A DNA stretch of 64,000 nucleotides from Legionellales bacterium (GTDB lineage Bacteria; Pseudomonadota; Gammaproteobacteria; JAGOUN01). Positions 27,307-37,564 of this stretch are shown here, one piece after another; the first letter of the stretch is position 1, and each line of letters starts with the position of its first letter. The stretch lies in assembly GCA_027486005.1 (NCBI GenBank), contig JAIXPZ010000083.1:1192-65191 (forward strand), written 5' to 3'. Both the position numbers and the translations under genes were made by a program. The notes below the pieces were generated by a model. That model did no database searches, was not told the DNA's origin, and saw only the letters and a list, made by a program, of their open reading frames with translations.

Positions 27307-27333
27307 ATTAGTATTAGTAAATAGGGGGTTTTT

Positions 27334-28539
27334 ATGGGGATTTATTCAGAAATTGCGCCGCTAAAGCGCGTCATCTTGCATAGGCCTATGGAGTCCCTTT
27401 TACGTTTAACGCCGAGTAACTGTCAAGAGTTTTTATTTGATGATGTGTTGTGGCCGGAGAAAGCCGCACAAGAGCATGATGTTTTTGCTCAAGTATTACG
27501 TGATCATAACGTAGAAGTATTGCTTCTAGAAGATTTACTTACTGAAACGTTTGCCAACATGCAAGCAAAAGCGTATCTGATTAAGCAAATGATTAATCTG
27601 CAATTTTCTAATACGCATGAGGGGCATTTGTTATCACAGTATTTGTTACATCTTAACGAAGCAGAACTTGTCAAACATATTTTTGGCGGCATGGTTTATG
27701 CAGATCTTGGTCGATACTCACTTGGTTTGTGTTCTAAAGCAGCCGACCCCAATGATTTTGTTCTTCCGCCTCTTCCTAATCATTTATTTATGCGTGACAG
27801 TTCATTTTGGTTGGGTGAAGGTGTTTCAATTAATTATATGGCTTACCCTGCAAGGCGGGCTGAAACTGCAAATATGGCGACAATTTATAAATATCATCCA
27901 CGATTTGCTGAGAAAAAACCGACTATTTGGTTTGACGGTACTCATACAGATACTCCCTTACCCAGCATTGAAGGTGGTGATGTATTAGTTATTAGTCAAG
28001 ATTGTATCCTGATTGGATTAGGAGAGAGAACGAAACCTCAAGCCGTTGAAATGTTGGCAAAACAGTTATTTAAAAATAATGCGGTGATTAAAATATTTGC
28101 GATTGAACTCCCTAAAAAACGTGCTTATATGCACTTAGACACATTGATGACTATGATAGATTACGATACTTTTTGTGTGGCTTTTCCTTGCGAAAAGGAT
28201 ATTCGTGCATGGGAAATTAAGGCAGGTGATGTAGAAAATGAATTAGTTATTGAAAATATAGCCGATATTTTTGATGCCATCGCGCATGAATTATCTGTCA
28301 AGAAATTAAAACTTATTCATCCAGGTGGTGATTATTTTGCGCACGAGCGTGAGCAATGGACAGATGCTAGCAACCTGCTTGCGATTAAACCGGGTACTGT
28401 TATAGGTTACGAATGCAATTCAAATACCTTGGCAAAATTACGTAAAGAAGGTATTGAAGTAATTACGATTCCTGGTTCTGAGTTAGGACGTGGGCGTGGT
28501 GGTTCTCGTTGTATGTCTTGTCCTGTGGATAGGGAGTAG
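27334..28539 (+). CDS. arcA: Arginine deiminase
   Basis: 401 aa; 'EGGDVLV', 'MHLDT' and the C-terminal catalytic 'GGSRCMSCP'. Confidence 0.93.
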   Translation: MGIYSEIAPLKRVILHRPMESLLRLTPSNCQEFLFDDVLWPEKAAQEHDVFAQVLRDHNVEVLLLEDLLTETFANMQAKAYLIKQMINLQFSNTHEGHLLSQYLLHLNEAELVKHIFGGMVYADLGRYSLGLCSKAADPNDFVLPPLPNHLFMRDSSFWLGEGVSINYMAYPARRAETANMATIYKYHPRFAEKKPTIWFDGTHTDTPLPSIEGGDVLVISQDCILIGLGERTKPQAVEMLAKQLFKNNAVIKIFAIELPKKRAYMHLDTLMTMIDYDTFCVAFPCEKDIRAWEIKAGDVENELVIENIADIFDAIAHELSVKKLKLIHPGGDYFAHEREQWTDASNLLAIKPGTVIGYECNSNTLAKLRKEGIEVITIPGSELGRGRGGSRCMSCPVDRE

Positions 28540-28547
28540 TAGGTATC

Positions 28548-29429
28548 ATGCGTATTGTAATTGCTATTGGTGGAAATGCACTGCTAAAAAAGGGCGAGGC
28601 GCAAACTGCTGAGACACTAAAGCGCAATTGTGACATAGTGGCAAAAGATATTGCACAATTAGCGATTGAACATGAAATTATTTTGGTACATGGTAATGGC
28701 CCGCAAGTTGGATTACTTGCATTACAGTCGAATGATCCTTTCGATATACTCGATGCGGAAAGTCAGGGGATGATTGGTTATGTATTGCAGCAATCACTTG
28801 ATAATGTATTACAAAATAAAAAAATAGCAGTGACTGTACTAACACAAGTAAAAGTGGATGCGACTGATCCCGCGTTTAGTTCTGCTACCAAACCGATAGG
28901 ACTTTACTATAACGAAGAAGAAAAAATTAAATTGGAACAAGAGCGCGGCTGGAGTTTTGTAAAACGCGAACAACAATTTCGACGCGTTGTACCTTCGCCT
29001 AAGCCTAAAAAAATTGTAGAACTCAATGCGATTAAATTATTGGCGGAATCTGCTTATGTTGTTATCGCTGCCGGTGGCGGCGGCATTCCGTGCGTACAAG
29101 CAGAGAAAGGTTTACAGGGCATTGAAGCAGTGATAGATAAAGATTTAACAGCTGCGCGTTTAGCATTAGATTTACAAGCTGATAAACTTATTATTCTCAC
29201 CGATGTGGAGGGTGTTTATCGAGAGTGGGGGAATGAAAATCAAGCCCTTGCTTCTAGTGCTCACGTTAATGAGCTTAAGTCGCAAGATTTTGAATCCGGC
29301 TCCATGGCGCCTAAAATCCAAGCGGCGTGTCAATTCGCTGAAAGTAGCGGTCATTCAGCTGCAATTGGGCATCTCGAAAACTTATTAGCAATTGTTGAAA
29401 ATCGGTCCGGCACGAGTATTTTTGTTTGA
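28548..29429 (+). CDS. arcC: Carbamate kinase
   Basis: 'IAIGGNAL...VHGNGPQVG...GGGGIP...VIDKDL' motifs. Confidence 0.93.
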   Translation: MRIVIAIGGNALLKKGEAQTAETLKRNCDIVAKDIAQLAIEHEIILVHGNGPQVGLLALQSNDPFDILDAESQGMIGYVLQQSLDNVLQNKKIAVTVLTQVKVDATDPAFSSATKPIGLYYNEEEKIKLEQERGWSFVKREQQFRRVVPSPKPKKIVELNAIKLLAESAYVVIAAGGGGIPCVQAEKGLQGIEAVIDKDLTAARLALDLQADKLIILTDVEGVYREWGNENQALASSAHVNELKSQDFESGSMAPKIQAACQFAESSGHSAAIGHLENLLAIVENRSGTSIFV

Positions 29430-29434
29430 GATAT

Positions 29435-30295
29435 TTAAAACAAGACGTCCTTCTTAGGGATATTATCGTATTCAGGATTAATTTCCGGAGAGCGGGATGT
29501 GCGTAATGATTCTAGGTTTTTAAAATCCCAATGTTTTTTATCCATCAATTGACTGGGCTGTAAACTTTGTAGGGCATGCAACATGTTGCTGCCAACTTTG
29601 GGATTTTCCTCACAAAGTTGATCAATAAGTTTAGCCACTCGTTTGCGCACTAATTTTTCTTGAGAGCCACATAAAGTGCACGGAATAATTGGAAATTGCT
29701 GCTCTTTCATATACTGAATAATATCTTTTTCTTGGCAGTAAGCAAGCGGTCGAATCACGATATGATCTTTACTATCGGTCAGCAACTTTGGTGGCATAGA
29801 TTTAATTTCGCCACTGTAAAGAATCGACATTAATAATGTTCGAATCATATCATCACGATGATGACCCAACGCAATTTTTGTGAAACCATGTTTTGAGGCG
29901 TAAGAATAAATAATTCCGCGGCGCAGTCTTGAACAAAGTGAACAATAAGTCTTTCCTTCAGGAATTTTTTCTTTGACGATGCTGTAAGTATCTTCGGTAA
30001 TAATTTCATAAGGAATTTTGCGTTTTTCAAGCCATGCGCGCATGTCTGCGTCCCCCCAACCGGGTTGAGCTTGATCCAGCGTGAAAGCTTGCAGTTCAAA
30101 TTTGTAGTTAGAACTGACGCGCATCATGTTGAGTAATGACAGCATCGTATAGGAATCTTTGCCACCAGATAGACAGACTAAAACTTTATCCCCTGTTTGA
30201 ATCATATTGAAATCAGCAACGGCTTTTGTAGTGTAATGCAGGAGTTTTTTTTCTGTGATTGAACCAGGCTTCATAGTAAGGACTTGTCTTGTCAA
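29435..30295 (-). CDS. ttcA: tRNA 2-thiocytidine(32) synthetase TtcA
   Basis: PP-loop 'VCLSGGKDS' and '[10 protein letters not shown]'. The start may be the Met at residue 8. Confidence 0.9.
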   Translation of the reverse strand: MTRQVLTMKPGSITEKKLLHYTTKAVADFNMIQTGDKVLVCLSGGKDSYTMLSLLNMMRVSSNYKFELQAFTLDQAQPGWGDADMRAWLEKRKIPYEIITEDTYSIVKEKIPEGKTYCSLCSRLRRGIIYSYASKHGFTKIALGHHRDDMIRTLLMSILYSGEIKSMPPKLLTDSKDHIVIRPLAYCQEKDIIQYMKEQQFPIIPCTLCGSQEKLVRKRVAKLIDQLCEENPKVGSNMLHALQSLQPSQLMDKKHWDFKNLESLRTSRSPEINPEYDNIPKKDVLF

Positions 30296-30331
30296 AAGTG
30301 ATCAGGGATTATACCCCACTTCTCATCCGCT

Positions 30332-30937
30332 TCAATGAGAAGTGTAAGGAATCCATAAAAGAAAGTAGGAGGGTAGATGAGCGTAGCTTACTAATAAGCC
30401 TGAGACAAAACCAAAAACGTGACTTTCCCAAGAAGTGCCTGCTTTTGGCATTAAGCTTGCAAAAAGCCCGGCAAAATAATAAAAGCAAAAAATCACTAGT
30501 AAGACAGTAATAATCGAAGGATATAGGATCGCATTGATCATCAGATATCCCCAATACCCCATAATTACACCACTTGCACCCACGTGTAGCGCTTTTCGAC
30601 CCAGTAACCAAACGCAAAATCCGCTAATAATCGTAATGAGCAAGGTGACAATGATAAATTCAGGCATTCCTGTAAGCAAAACCAAATTCATTAATAAAAA
30701 TAGTGGAATAGAATTGAAAAGCAGATGACTAAAATTTCCATGCAACAAGGGCGCTAGCAAAATGCCAAGTAGACCAGACGGGGATCTTGGTAAAATCCCA
30801 AAGGCATTTAGCCGGTAGCCCAAAGCAAAGTTGACACATTGAATTATCCAAAGTGCAGCGACAATAGTGAGTACATAATGCATGTTAAATTGTACCACAT
30901 ACATCATCCAGGATAATTTTTGACCGATTTCTGTCAT
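30332..30937 (-). CDS. Rhomboid family intramembrane serine protease
   Basis: 'HGNFSHLLFN' and the catalytic 'GASGVIMG' plus a downstream His; 6 TM. Confidence 0.85.
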   Translation of the reverse strand: MTEIGQKLSWMMYVVQFNMHYVLTIVAALWIIQCVNFALGYRLNAFGILPRSPSGLLGILLAPLLHGNFSHLLFNSIPLFLLMNLVLLTGMPEFIIVTLLITIISGFCVWLLGRKALHVGASGVIMGYWGYLMINAILYPSIITVLLVIFCFYYFAGLFASLMPKAGTSWESHVFGFVSGLLVSYAHLPSYFLLWIPYTSH

Positions 30938-31099
30938 TAATAGAACCTAAAATCTTAAAGAAAAGCTAGAATAGCGTATTATTCTTAAAAAATCTTTCAT
31001 TTTGAATTTTTTTAAGGCTAGAATATTGCGAGTGGGTTTGCTCACATAGACGATGGCTACATTCACAGGAAGTGAAATAGATTAAAGGGGATTACTGCT

Positions 31100-31531
31100 A
31101 TGAGTATGATTGCTGATATCGCTGTTTCGTTCGCTCCTTATTCAGAAAAAAAACATGAAGAATATATGAACGATAAGCAAAGAGCGCATTTTCGTTCTAT
31201 CCTAGAAGTTTGGAAAAAAAATCTGTTTCTAGAAGCTAGTTCGACCTTGGAATCTATGCGTAGAACAAAAGAAGGTCTTGCCGATGAAGTCGATCTTGCC
31301 GCTTATGAAGAGAATTTTCGATTAGTGCTGCGCGCACGTGACCGAGAATTAAAACTTATTAAAAAAATAGACTTTTCTATTGAGGCGCTTAAAGAAGGCG
31401 ATTATGGATACTGTGATGATTGCGGCATAGATATTGGTATTGCTCGTTTAGAAGCAAGACCTACAGCTACTAAATGTGTTGAGTGCAAAACTATTGCTGA
31501 GTTGAAAGAAAAACAACTTATTAACGCTTAA
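31100..31531 (+). CDS. dksA: RNA polymerase-binding transcription factor DksA
   Basis: Coiled-coil tip 'DEVDLAA' and C4 zinc finger 'CDDCG...CVEC'. Confidence 0.9.
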   Translation: MSMIADIAVSFAPYSEKKHEEYMNDKQRAHFRSILEVWKKNLFLEASSTLESMRRTKEGLADEVDLAAYEENFRLVLRARDRELKLIKKIDFSIEALKEGDYGYCDDCGIDIGIARLEARPTATKCVECKTIAELKEKQLINA

Positions 31532-31542
31532 TGCTTTGAAAT

Positions 31543-32433
31543 TTAGGTCCAAATTGCAACTATAGCCATAAGTGAGAAACCTATTATAACAAAGGTGTAT
31601 TGCTTGAGGTTACAGCATTGTTGAACCATGACTGCACGTGACAGTCCGTGTAATGTGCCTAAATATAAGAAAGTACCTGCAGCGAGCGCTAAAAAAATAG
31701 GGCCGAGTAGCGGTAAATGTTGAATTTTTTCGCTGGCGAAACCACCGAGAAAGATGCCTAATGGTGCGACAAGCGCAAAAAGTAGAAAATAAAACAATCC
31801 CGTTTTTGGAGAGAGCGTGCTTTTTGTAAGTTGAATCGCCAATGCGAAACTTTCCGCCCATTTATGCGCGAGAATAGCAATTGCCAGCATCAAAATAATT
31901 GTAAAATTAGTCGAGAGTCCCAACGCAGCACTTTCTAAAAAAGCATGCAGTGAGAGCATTCCAAGCGCTAGGAGAGCAAATGATTTTCCTCTAGCGTTTC
32001 CATGCGTACCGTTATCGTTACACGCATGATTATCATGGCCATGCGAATGCTCATGGTGGTGTTGATGTTGATAATAATCGCGCCCCAAGTGTTCTAACCA
32101 GAGTAAAAATAAAAACATTGCCCCGGCACAAAGCGATGCAAAAGGGTACTCGTATCCTGCTGCTGTAAAGCCTTCTGAGGCATCTGACAACATATGTAAT
32201 AAGCCAACACCAAGAAAAACGCCGCTGGCTAAAGCTTCACCAATAGGGAAATCAATGCCCATGCGCATATTGATACGTTTAACGAATGGGATCCAACCCG
32301 CACTGAGGGTAACAATAAAAATAATGACGGCGGTTAATAGCTTAAAGCTTAGAAAACTCATTGCAGCGCACCCCTCTAGGTAAAGAGGGTCGTGATCATA
32401 CATGAATTTTTGTGGAGGTAAATATGTTTTCAT
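31543..32433 (-). CDS. ZIP family divalent metal transporter
   Basis: His-rich loop 'HQHHHEHSHGHDNH' between TM bundles. 'HKWAES'-type motif. The start may be the internal Met at 32361. Confidence 0.8.
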   Translation of the reverse strand: MKTYLPPQKFMYDHDPLYLEGCAAMSFLSFKLLTAVIIFIVTLSAGWIPFVKRINMRMGIDFPIGEALASGVFLGVGLLHMLSDASEGFTAAGYEYPFASLCAGAMFLFLLWLEHLGRDYYQHQHHHEHSHGHDNHACNDNGTHGNARGKSFALLALGMLSLHAFLESAALGLSTNFTIILMLAIAILAHKWAESFALAIQLTKSTLSPKTGLFYFLLFALVAPLGIFLGGFASEKIQHLPLLGPIFLALAAGTFLYLGTLHGLSRAVMVQQCCNLKQYTFVIIGFSLMAIVAIWT

Positions 32434-32517
32434 CTGTACAATGTTTTTTATTGCATCACAATACGATTTGCTTCAAAATTGTCCTTCTTTTAGGTTGATT
32501 AAATTTTGGATAGAAAG

Positions 32518-33927
32518 ATGCAGATAAATCAAGCAACAAAAACGTTAGGACTGTTTCTGTTAATCATGCTGATTACTGGCTCTATTGACAGTGTACGCAA
32601 CTTACCCGCTACTGCACTTTTTGGTTCTTCTTTAGTTTTCTACTTTATTTTTTCAGCGCTTGTTTTTCTTATTCCTGCGGGTTTAGTTTCTGCAGAGCTT
32701 TCTTCCGCATGGACAGAGCAGGGTGGAATATACGATTGGGTGCGTATGGCATTTGGTGAAAAAGTAGCATTGATTGCTATTTGGTTGCAGTGGATTAATA
32801 CCATGGTTTGGTTTCCGACAATACTTTCATTTATTGCTGGAGCGATGGCTTTTTTAATTGATCCTCACTTGGCAGAGCATAAAGGTTATCTGGTTTCTGT
32901 TATTCTTATTATTTTTTGGGGGTTGACATTACTCAACTTTAAAGGAGTTCGTGCGTCCGCAAAATTTGCCGGTATTTGTGGCTTATTGGGAATGATTTTC
33001 CCTATGGCTATTTTAATATTTTTAGGGATTACCTGGATGTTAAAAGGCGAATCCTTACAAGTTTCTTTTACTATGCACAGCATGCTGCCTCATTTTGATG
33101 ATACTAATAGTTGGATTTCACTTACTGCAATCATGACATCTTTTCTCGGGATGGAGCTTGCAACAGTGCATGTACGCAATGTTGTGAACGCTCAGAATAC
33201 TTTCCCTAAGGCATTAATTATTTCTGTTGTTTTAATTTTATTCACCATGATTTTTGGTTCACTAGCCATAGCGGTAATTTTACCGCATGATCAAATTAAT
33301 TTAGTGGATGGCGTGATGCGTGCTTTTCAAGGGTTTCTAGGTGGATACCATATGAAATGGCTTGTTCCATTATTAACACTACTTTTATTAATCGGTGCTT
33401 TGGGTAGCATGGTGAATTGGATTATATCCCCGGCCAAAGGATTATTACGGGCAGCGCAGCACGGGTATTTGCCGAAATTTTTTGCGAAAGAAGGCGCTCG
33501 AGGTGTTCCAACGCGCATGTTACTACTGCAGGCAGTGCTTGTTTCTGTCATGTGTATGGCATTTTTATTAATGCCTAGTGTGAATGGATCTTATTGGTTA
33601 TTGACATCATTAAGCACGCAACTTTATATGATTATGTACCTTTTTATGTTTTTAGCGGCGTTGCGATTACGTTACAAATTCCCTATTCAATTGAGACCAT
33701 TCAAAATTCCTGGTGGAAGCTTCGGCATGTGGATGATTACGCTATTAGGTCTTTTTGGTTGTGCAGTAACGTTAATCGTAGGATTTTTTCCGCCGGATAA
33801 TATTGATGTTGGCGGCAAGCTGCATTATGAAGTAGTGTTTTCTATCGGTATTATAGCGATGATTTTCCCTGTTGTCCTTTTATATATGTATAAGCGCATG
33901 CATACTGCACGTTCGCTTCTCCAGTAG
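32518..33927 (+). CDS. APC-superfamily amino acid permease (GadC/YjeM-like)
   Basis: About 12 TM; ATG at 32518. The general APC pattern is present; the substrate is unknown. Confidence 0.85.
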   Translation: MQINQATKTLGLFLLIMLITGSIDSVRNLPATALFGSSLVFYFIFSALVFLIPAGLVSAELSSAWTEQGGIYDWVRMAFGEKVALIAIWLQWINTMVWFPTILSFIAGAMAFLIDPHLAEHKGYLVSVILIIFWGLTLLNFKGVRASAKFAGICGLLGMIFPMAILIFLGITWMLKGESLQVSFTMHSMLPHFDDTNSWISLTAIMTSFLGMELATVHVRNVVNAQNTFPKALIISVVLILFTMIFGSLAIAVILPHDQINLVDGVMRAFQGFLGGYHMKWLVPLLTLLLLIGALGSMVNWIISPAKGLLRAAQHGYLPKFFAKEGARGVPTRMLLLQAVLVSVMCMAFLLMPSVNGSYWLLTSLSTQLYMIMYLFMFLAALRLRYKFPIQLRPFKIPGGSFGMWMITLLGLFGCAVTLIVGFFPPDNIDVGGKLHYEVVFSIGIIAMIFPVVLLYMYKRMHTARSLLQ

Positions 33928-33951
33928 TATGTGTTTGTATATATGTTCTCT

Positions 33952-35241
33952 TTAACGAAGGGCTAATGTAATAAACACACGATGAGCAGCCGCGATTGTT
34001 TCGTCAATAGTTTCATTAGTATGTGCTATTGACATAAATCCTGCTTCAAAAGCGGAAGGAGCCAAATAAACTCCTTCGTTAAGCATGCCATGAAAAAACT
34101 GGTTAAAACGCGCAACATTACATTGAGTAACGTCAAAAAAATGACGTACCGACTTTTGCTCGGTAAAAAACAAGCCAAACATACCGCAGACGTGTTGTGT
34201 TAATAGTGGAATGTTATGTTGTTTTGCGGCTTGTGTAATACCATCAATTAGGCGTTGGGTTTTTTGTGCTAGAACAATAAAAAAGTCAGGTTGCTGTACA
34301 ATTTGCTTTAATTGTGCCAAACCGGCTGACATTGCTAGTGGATTTCCTGAAAGTGTACCGGCTTGATATACCGGGCCAACTGGGGCAAGAAATTGCATGA
34401 TATCGCGACGTCCGCCTAATGCTCCAACAGGCAAACCACCACCAATAATTTTACCGAAAGTGGAGAGATCCGGGGTGATGGAATAAAGTTCTTGAGCACC
34501 TGCTTTGGCCACGCGAAATCCAGTCATCACTTCATCAAAAATTAATACACTGCCATAACGGGTACATAAAGATTTTAAGTCTGCCAAAAAGCCAGAATCT
34601 GGCAGAATGCAATTCATGTTTCCTGGAATAGGTTCAATGATGATGGCGGCAATATCATTTGGATATTGTTTAAAAAGGGCATCAACTTGATCAATGTGGT
34701 TGAACTCAGCGATCAAGGTATGTGCTGCAATACTTTCTGGCACCCCTGCTGACCCGGGAATACCGCATGTTAGTACCCCAGAACCTGCTTTTACAAGCAA
34801 GCTATCTGAATGCCCGTGATAACAGCCATTAAATTTAATGATTTTATCTCTGCGGGTAAAACCACGCGCAAGGCGTAAGGCTGTCATGGTGGCTTCTGTG
34901 CCAGAATTGACAAAGCGTACTTGTTCTACTGAAGGCACCATGCTGCAAACAAGCTCAGCCAATTCAGTTTCTAAACGTGTTGGAGCTCCATAGCTCAGGC
35001 CGTTGCTTGCTGCAGTTTGTACGGCTTTAATAACTTCGAGATTTGCGTGTCCTAAAATCATCGGCCCCCATGAACCCACATAATCAATATAACGCTTATC
35101 GTCCGCATCAAAAATAAATGACCCAAAAGCCTTTTCAATAAAAATCGGCGTGCCACCGACAGATTTGAACGCACGCACAGGCGAGTTCACACCTCCAGGA
35201 ATATAGTGTTGCGCTTCTTGAAATAAAGTTTGATTATTCAT
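33952..35241 (-). CDS. hemL: Glutamate-1-semialdehyde 2,1-aminomutase
   Basis: '[10 protein letters not shown]' with the PLP-lysine region '[17 protein letters not shown]'. Confidence 0.95.
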   Translation of the reverse strand: MNNQTLFQEAQHYIPGGVNSPVRAFKSVGGTPIFIEKAFGSFIFDADDKRYIDYVGSWGPMILGHANLEVIKAVQTAASNGLSYGAPTRLETELAELVCSMVPSVEQVRFVNSGTEATMTALRLARGFTRRDKIIKFNGCYHGHSDSLLVKAGSGVLTCGIPGSAGVPESIAAHTLIAEFNHIDQVDALFKQYPNDIAAIIIEPIPGNMNCILPDSGFLADLKSLCTRYGSVLIFDEVMTGFRVAKAGAQELYSITPDLSTFGKIIGGGLPVGALGGRRDIMQFLAPVGPVYQAGTLSGNPLAMSAGLAQLKQIVQQPDFFIVLAQKTQRLIDGITQAAKQHNIPLLTQHVCGMFGLFFTEQKSVRHFFDVTQCNVARFNQFFHGMLNEGVYLAPSAFEAGFMSIAHTNETIDETIAAAHRVFITLALR

Positions 35242-35306
35242 GATTGAAATCCTGGCCGATTCGTTTTACGATGCGTCGCATTATAAAGCGATAAGTGAGT
35301 AAGTAA

Positions 35307-35471
35307 ATGAAATCCTATATGTGTCAACTGTGTGGTCTAATTTATAACGAAGCAGAGGGTTGGCCGGAAGATGGAATTCCTGCTGGAACGGCTTGGGCAG
35401 ATGTGCCAGATACGTGGTTATGCCCAGAGTGTGGTGCGAGTAAAGGTGATTTTGAGATGATGCCGTATTAA
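35307..35471 (+). CDS. Rubredoxin (54 aa; absent from the supplied ORF track because it is under 60 aa)
   Basis: My own translation is MKSYMCQLCGLIYNEAEGWPEDGIPAGTAWADVPDTWLCPECGASKGDFEMMPY. It has two CxxCG knuckles and the conserved 'W.CP.CG..K..F'. Confidence 0.85.
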   Translation: MKSYMCQLCGLIYNEAEGWPEDGIPAGTAWADVPDTWLCPECGASKGDFEMMPY

Positions 35472-35899
35472 GGCTGTATTACTGCCAGTAATACAATTGC
35501 AATTAGGAAGATTGTCGGAACTTCATTTAGGTAACGATAAAATTTTTCCGAATGTGTAGCCTGGTTACACCTAAACTGGAAGAGCAATTTTCCAAGGTAG
35601 ACGTGATAGATCGCCAATAATAGCACTAAAATGAGTTTGATATGCAGCCAGTTCATGGTTTCGTAGTAGTGGTAGTTGGTGAAAATAATGCACCAGCCAA
35701 AAAGTCCTGTTAAAACTGCGGCTGGCGTCATGATATACCAAAACAACCGCCACTCCATGATTTTGAATTGTTTTTGCATGATATCGGTTGAATTTGCATG
35801 ATAGACATAAAGCCTAGGCAAGTAAAATAAGCCTGCAAACCAACAAACCATTGAGATTATATGTAAGGCTTTAAACCATAGCATAAATAGAGGTTCCAA
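35468..35899 (-). CDS. hemJ: Protoporphyrinogen IX oxidase HemJ (UPF0093 membrane protein)
   Basis: 'WFKALHIISMVCWFAGLFYLPRLYVYH' signature; 4 TM, about 140 aa. Confidence 0.85.
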   Translation of the reverse strand: MEPLFMLWFKALHIISMVCWFAGLFYLPRLYVYHANSTDIMQKQFKIMEWRLFWYIMTPAAVLTGLFGWCIIFTNYHYYETMNWLHIKLILVLLLAIYHVYLGKLLFQFRCNQATHSEKFYRYLNEVPTIFLIAIVLLAVIQP

Positions 35900-35902
35900 T
35901 TG

Positions 35903-35979
35903 TGGTGCGCCCAGAGAGATTCGAACTCCCGACCACTTGGTTCGAAGCCAAGTACTCTATCCAGCTGAGCTATGGGCGC
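35903..35979 (-). tRNA. tRNA-Arg (anticodon UCG)
   Basis: The reverse complement folds as a cloverleaf: acceptor GCGCCCA/TGGGCGC, D-arm GCTCAGCTGGATAGAGT, anticodon stem CTTGG/CCAAG with loop CTTCGAA, T-loop TTCGAAT, and an encoded CCA. Confidence 0.93.
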
Positions 35980-36130
35980 AGGGTATGTAAATCTAAACTA
36001 GTTTCATCGATTGCGCAATAGCCATAAATTGGGCGTTAAAATCTTCTTGATATCATGTAAAAACCACTTGTTTCTTTAATATTAGATTGCCTACAATTAT
36101 GACTCTAATTCAACCCAGGAGTTTTTGAAA

Positions 36131-36451
36131 ATGAAAGCGAAGATTGAGAAATTAACGTTGGCTTTAGCAGAGGTAAAAGCTGCAATTAGTGCATTAAAAG
36201 AAGAAAAAAGGGCTTTGAAAACAGAGTTTAAAGAAGAACTGAAAGTAGCAAAATCTGGCCAAAAGCCAGTGGCTAAAAATTTGGTTGCTAAGAAAAAAGC
36301 GGTAAAAAAAACAGCGACTAAAAAAGTCGTAGTGGTTAAAAAATCCAAGTCACCTCGCCCAAAGAAAGCTGCCCCTCTTGCCAAAAAAATAGAAGAGCCG
36401 GCAGTGGACTCAGTGATTTCTACTGATGATATATTTCCTTTAGGCGAATAG
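36131..36451 (+). CDS. Lysine/alanine-rich histone-H1-like basic protein with an N-terminal coiled coil
   Basis: AGGAG lies 9 nt upstream of the ATG. 'AKKKAVKKTATKKVVVVKKSKSPRPKKAAPLAKK' is the basic tail. The antisense ORF 36097-36384 is a Phe-rich mirror artefact. Confidence 0.65.
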   Translation: MKAKIEKLTLALAEVKAAISALKEEKRALKTEFKEELKVAKSGQKPVAKNLVAKKKAVKKTATKKVVVVKKSKSPRPKKAAPLAKKIEEPAVDSVISTDDIFPLGE

Positions 36452-36594
36452 CATTTCTCTTATCTGGAAGAGGTGGTGCCAAGTTGCTGCCTCTTACTTT
36501 CCCGCCCTTCACTCATGTAATCAGTATTCGCAATAATGGTTTAACAGTATTATCATACTGATGCTTTTGCATATAATTAAAAGGGGAATCTAGA

Positions 36595-37203
36595 ATGAAA
36601 TTTTATTACAAACGTGGCGCATGTTCGTTAACAGCCCGCATTTTTGCTCATGAATTAAGTATTTCATGCGACTATGAATCCGTTGATTTACAAACGAAAA
36701 AAACAGAAACTGGCGGCGACTTTCTTGCTATTAACCCCAAAGGTTCAGTGCCTGCTTTAGTGTTGAAAAATAAAGAAGTGCTCACTGAAAATGCAGTGAT
36801 TTTACAATATCTTGCAGATGCGCATAACGCCACCCAATATTTGCCCGTAATAGGAGACATGAAGCGTTATCGTGTGTTGGAATGGCTGAATTTTTGTTCT
36901 ACTGACTTACACGGTAGCTGTGGACCATTTTTTAATCCAAAGATTTCTACGGAACTTAAACACGAAGTTTTTCTTCCTATATTAAAGCGAAAAGTTGCCG
37001 TAGCTGAAAAGCAATTAGCAACACATGCCTACATAACTGGAGATCAGTTTTCATTGGCAGATATTTATTTATTTGTAGTATTCACGTGGTTTCCTCATAT
37101 CGGCCTTGAATTAGCAGAGTGGCCGCATGTGGCGAAGTATTTTGACATGCTAAAAAATCGCAAGGCGATACAGCAAGCGCTGAAAGAAGAAGGGCTTATT
37201 TAA
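36595..37203 (+). CDS. gst: Glutathione S-transferase
   Basis: N-terminal thioredoxin-like 'INPKGSVPALV' and a C-terminal GST helical domain; 202 aa. Confidence 0.85.
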   Translation: MKFYYKRGACSLTARIFAHELSISCDYESVDLQTKKTETGGDFLAINPKGSVPALVLKNKEVLTENAVILQYLADAHNATQYLPVIGDMKRYRVLEWLNFCSTDLHGSCGPFFNPKISTELKHEVFLPILKRKVAVAEKQLATHAYITGDQFSLADIYLFVVFTWFPHIGLELAEWPHVAKYFDMLKNRKAIQQALKEEGLI

Positions 37204-37210
37204 GCTATGT

Positions 37211-37564
37211 TCAACCGTGTTTATTGGTTTTTTCTTGGGAGATAACGTATTCCTTCACATATTCACCACCAATTAAGTGTTCTTGAAGTATTTTTTCAAG
37301 AACACTGGGTGAGCAAGAGTGATACCAGATGCCTTCGGGATAAACTACTGCAATCGGACCTTGAGCACAAACGCGTAAACAATTCGCTTTAGTTCTAAAT
37401 ATTTTTGTTTCAAGCTCTAATTCTTTTATTCTGCGTTTTAAATATTCCCAAGACGCTATGCCGCATTCTTTGCTGCAACATTTTGGCTTGGTTTGATCAC
37501 AACATAAAAAAATATGATGCTGCATCTCAGACGTATTTATTGAGAGCATGTTATTTTCATGCAT
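37211..37564 (-). CDS. Thioredoxin-like [2Fe-2S] ferredoxin family protein
   Basis: Cys clusters 'CCDQTKPKCC' and 'CLRVCAQGP'. The start is uncertain: internal Mets at 37549 and 37525 would remove the 28-nt overlap with the upstream gene. Confidence 0.7.
   Translation of the reverse strand: MHENNMLSINTSEMQHHIFLCCDQTKPKCCSKECGIASWEYLKRRIKELELETKIFRTKANCLRVCAQGPIAVVYPEGIWYHSCSPSVLEKILQEHLIGGEYVKEYVISQEKTNKHG

Noticed and set aside
30289-30728. ORFs 30289-30510(+), 30309-30617(-) and 30534-30728(+) overlapping the rhomboid gene
   Set aside because: They overlap a well-supported rhomboid protease frame (GxSG and His motifs). They have no motifs and are typical shadow ORFs.
36097-36384. 95-aa minus-strand ORF overlapping the histone-H1-like gene
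   Set aside because: It is a Phe/Ala/Thr-rich mirror image of the Lys-rich plus-strand frame (AAA/AAG read as TTT/CTT). It has no RBS, whereas the plus-strand ORF has AGGAG at the correct spacing.
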